From Chloroflexota bacterium (lineage in GTDB: Bacteria; Chloroflexota; UBA11872; VXOZ01), in NCBI GenBank assembly GCA_963663275.1, contig OY760183.1:896001-960000 (forward strand): DNA of 64,000 nucleotides. Direction: 5' to 3'. The first letter of the stretch is position 1, and each line of letters starts with the position of its first letter. Shown piece after piece: positions 63,440 through 64,000 of this stretch. The notes below the pieces were generated by a model that saw only the letters and a list, made by a program, of their open reading frames with translations, had not been told where the DNA came from and ran no database searches. The translations under genes were made by a program, and so were the position numbers.

Positions 63440-64000
63440 CGCTCACTCCTCAAGATTGTGTGAAAGTCCGGTAAATGCTGTCGATGCCGTCTGGGTTTCA
63501 GATGCGATTATATACCGCGCGTGGGGATCGGACTCCCGGCGGCCAACCATCGCGCCACGCGCAGCCGGTCCCGGCCGCTTCGCGCTCGCGGGAGCGCCGG
63601 CCAAGGCGCAAGCCCGGCAGTCGAATGAGCGGTACCGGGTGAATAGCGCCAATGCAGAGAATGGGATTAGCGGCGAGGCGGAATTGCTCGCTTACCTGCG
63701 CCGCGCCGTCAAATGATAGCGGCGCATTGTGCGCCAGGATTGCGCTCATTGGCCTCAAATATCGCATACATGTTGAATATGGTACCATCCAAAATGGCTG
63801 GGAAAGCCGGCTAGGTGCGCACAGCGCAGTGGGTACGCCGCTCAGGGGTAGTGACTGAGTGAGGATTCGGAAGCCGGCCGCGCCGGGACAGTCGTGTTGA
63901 GAGAGGCGTTCGTCATGGTCTTGGTGTCCGCGCGCGGTGGTGTGCACGCCCCGATCCTCCCCGGGCAATCCGGCGCCACGGGTTGTGCTTGGCTACAGGA

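Noticed and set aside
63440-63750. T-box leader for tyrS
   Set aside because: No GGTGGNACC T-box motif on the minus strand; a TATAAT at ~63508..63513 implies a short leader.
63780-64000. Possible ncRNA or gene start at the window end
   Set aside because: No recognisable motif; truncated by the window edge.

Overview
High-GC bacterial chromosome segment; gene style and content suggest Chloroflexota, possibly a host-associated lineage (inference only). The backbone is housekeeping: rpmH-rnpA-yidD-yidC-jag, birA-like, ilvE, a panG-like gene with panB and panC, lysA, tyrS, two CAT-anticodon tRNAs and several oxidoreductases. It is interrupted by short lower-GC cargo islets enriched in defence-like genes, with no integrase or transposase visible: an OLD-type ATPase-Toprim (0.6-2.4 kb); a YwgA/Panacea-like plus proteasome-beta-like pair (5-6.2 kb); a PIN pair, a pentapeptide protein and small genes behind a type IIG/ISP-like R-M enzyme (7.9-15.4 kb); a GIY-YIG gene; and a Dam-like MTase/HNH pair facing a GNAT-PIN-ASCH pair (57.8-62.1 kb). 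The most unusual signals are: (1) DNA flanking the islets is strongly C/A-skewed on the strand running toward the islet, regardless of gene direction, and a degenerate second copy of the R-M gene's 3' end sits between two cargo blocks, suggesting integrase-free cargo accretion at gene ends; (2) REP hairpins inserted in frame inside the R-M enzyme; (3) a ~140-aa C-terminal domain shared by two otherwise unrelated surface proteins; (4) a dense set of repeats, including a TIR-bounded MITE and an 8 x 40-bp array ending in a perfect 56-bp palindrome. All product calls come from motif recognition by eye; no database was searched.
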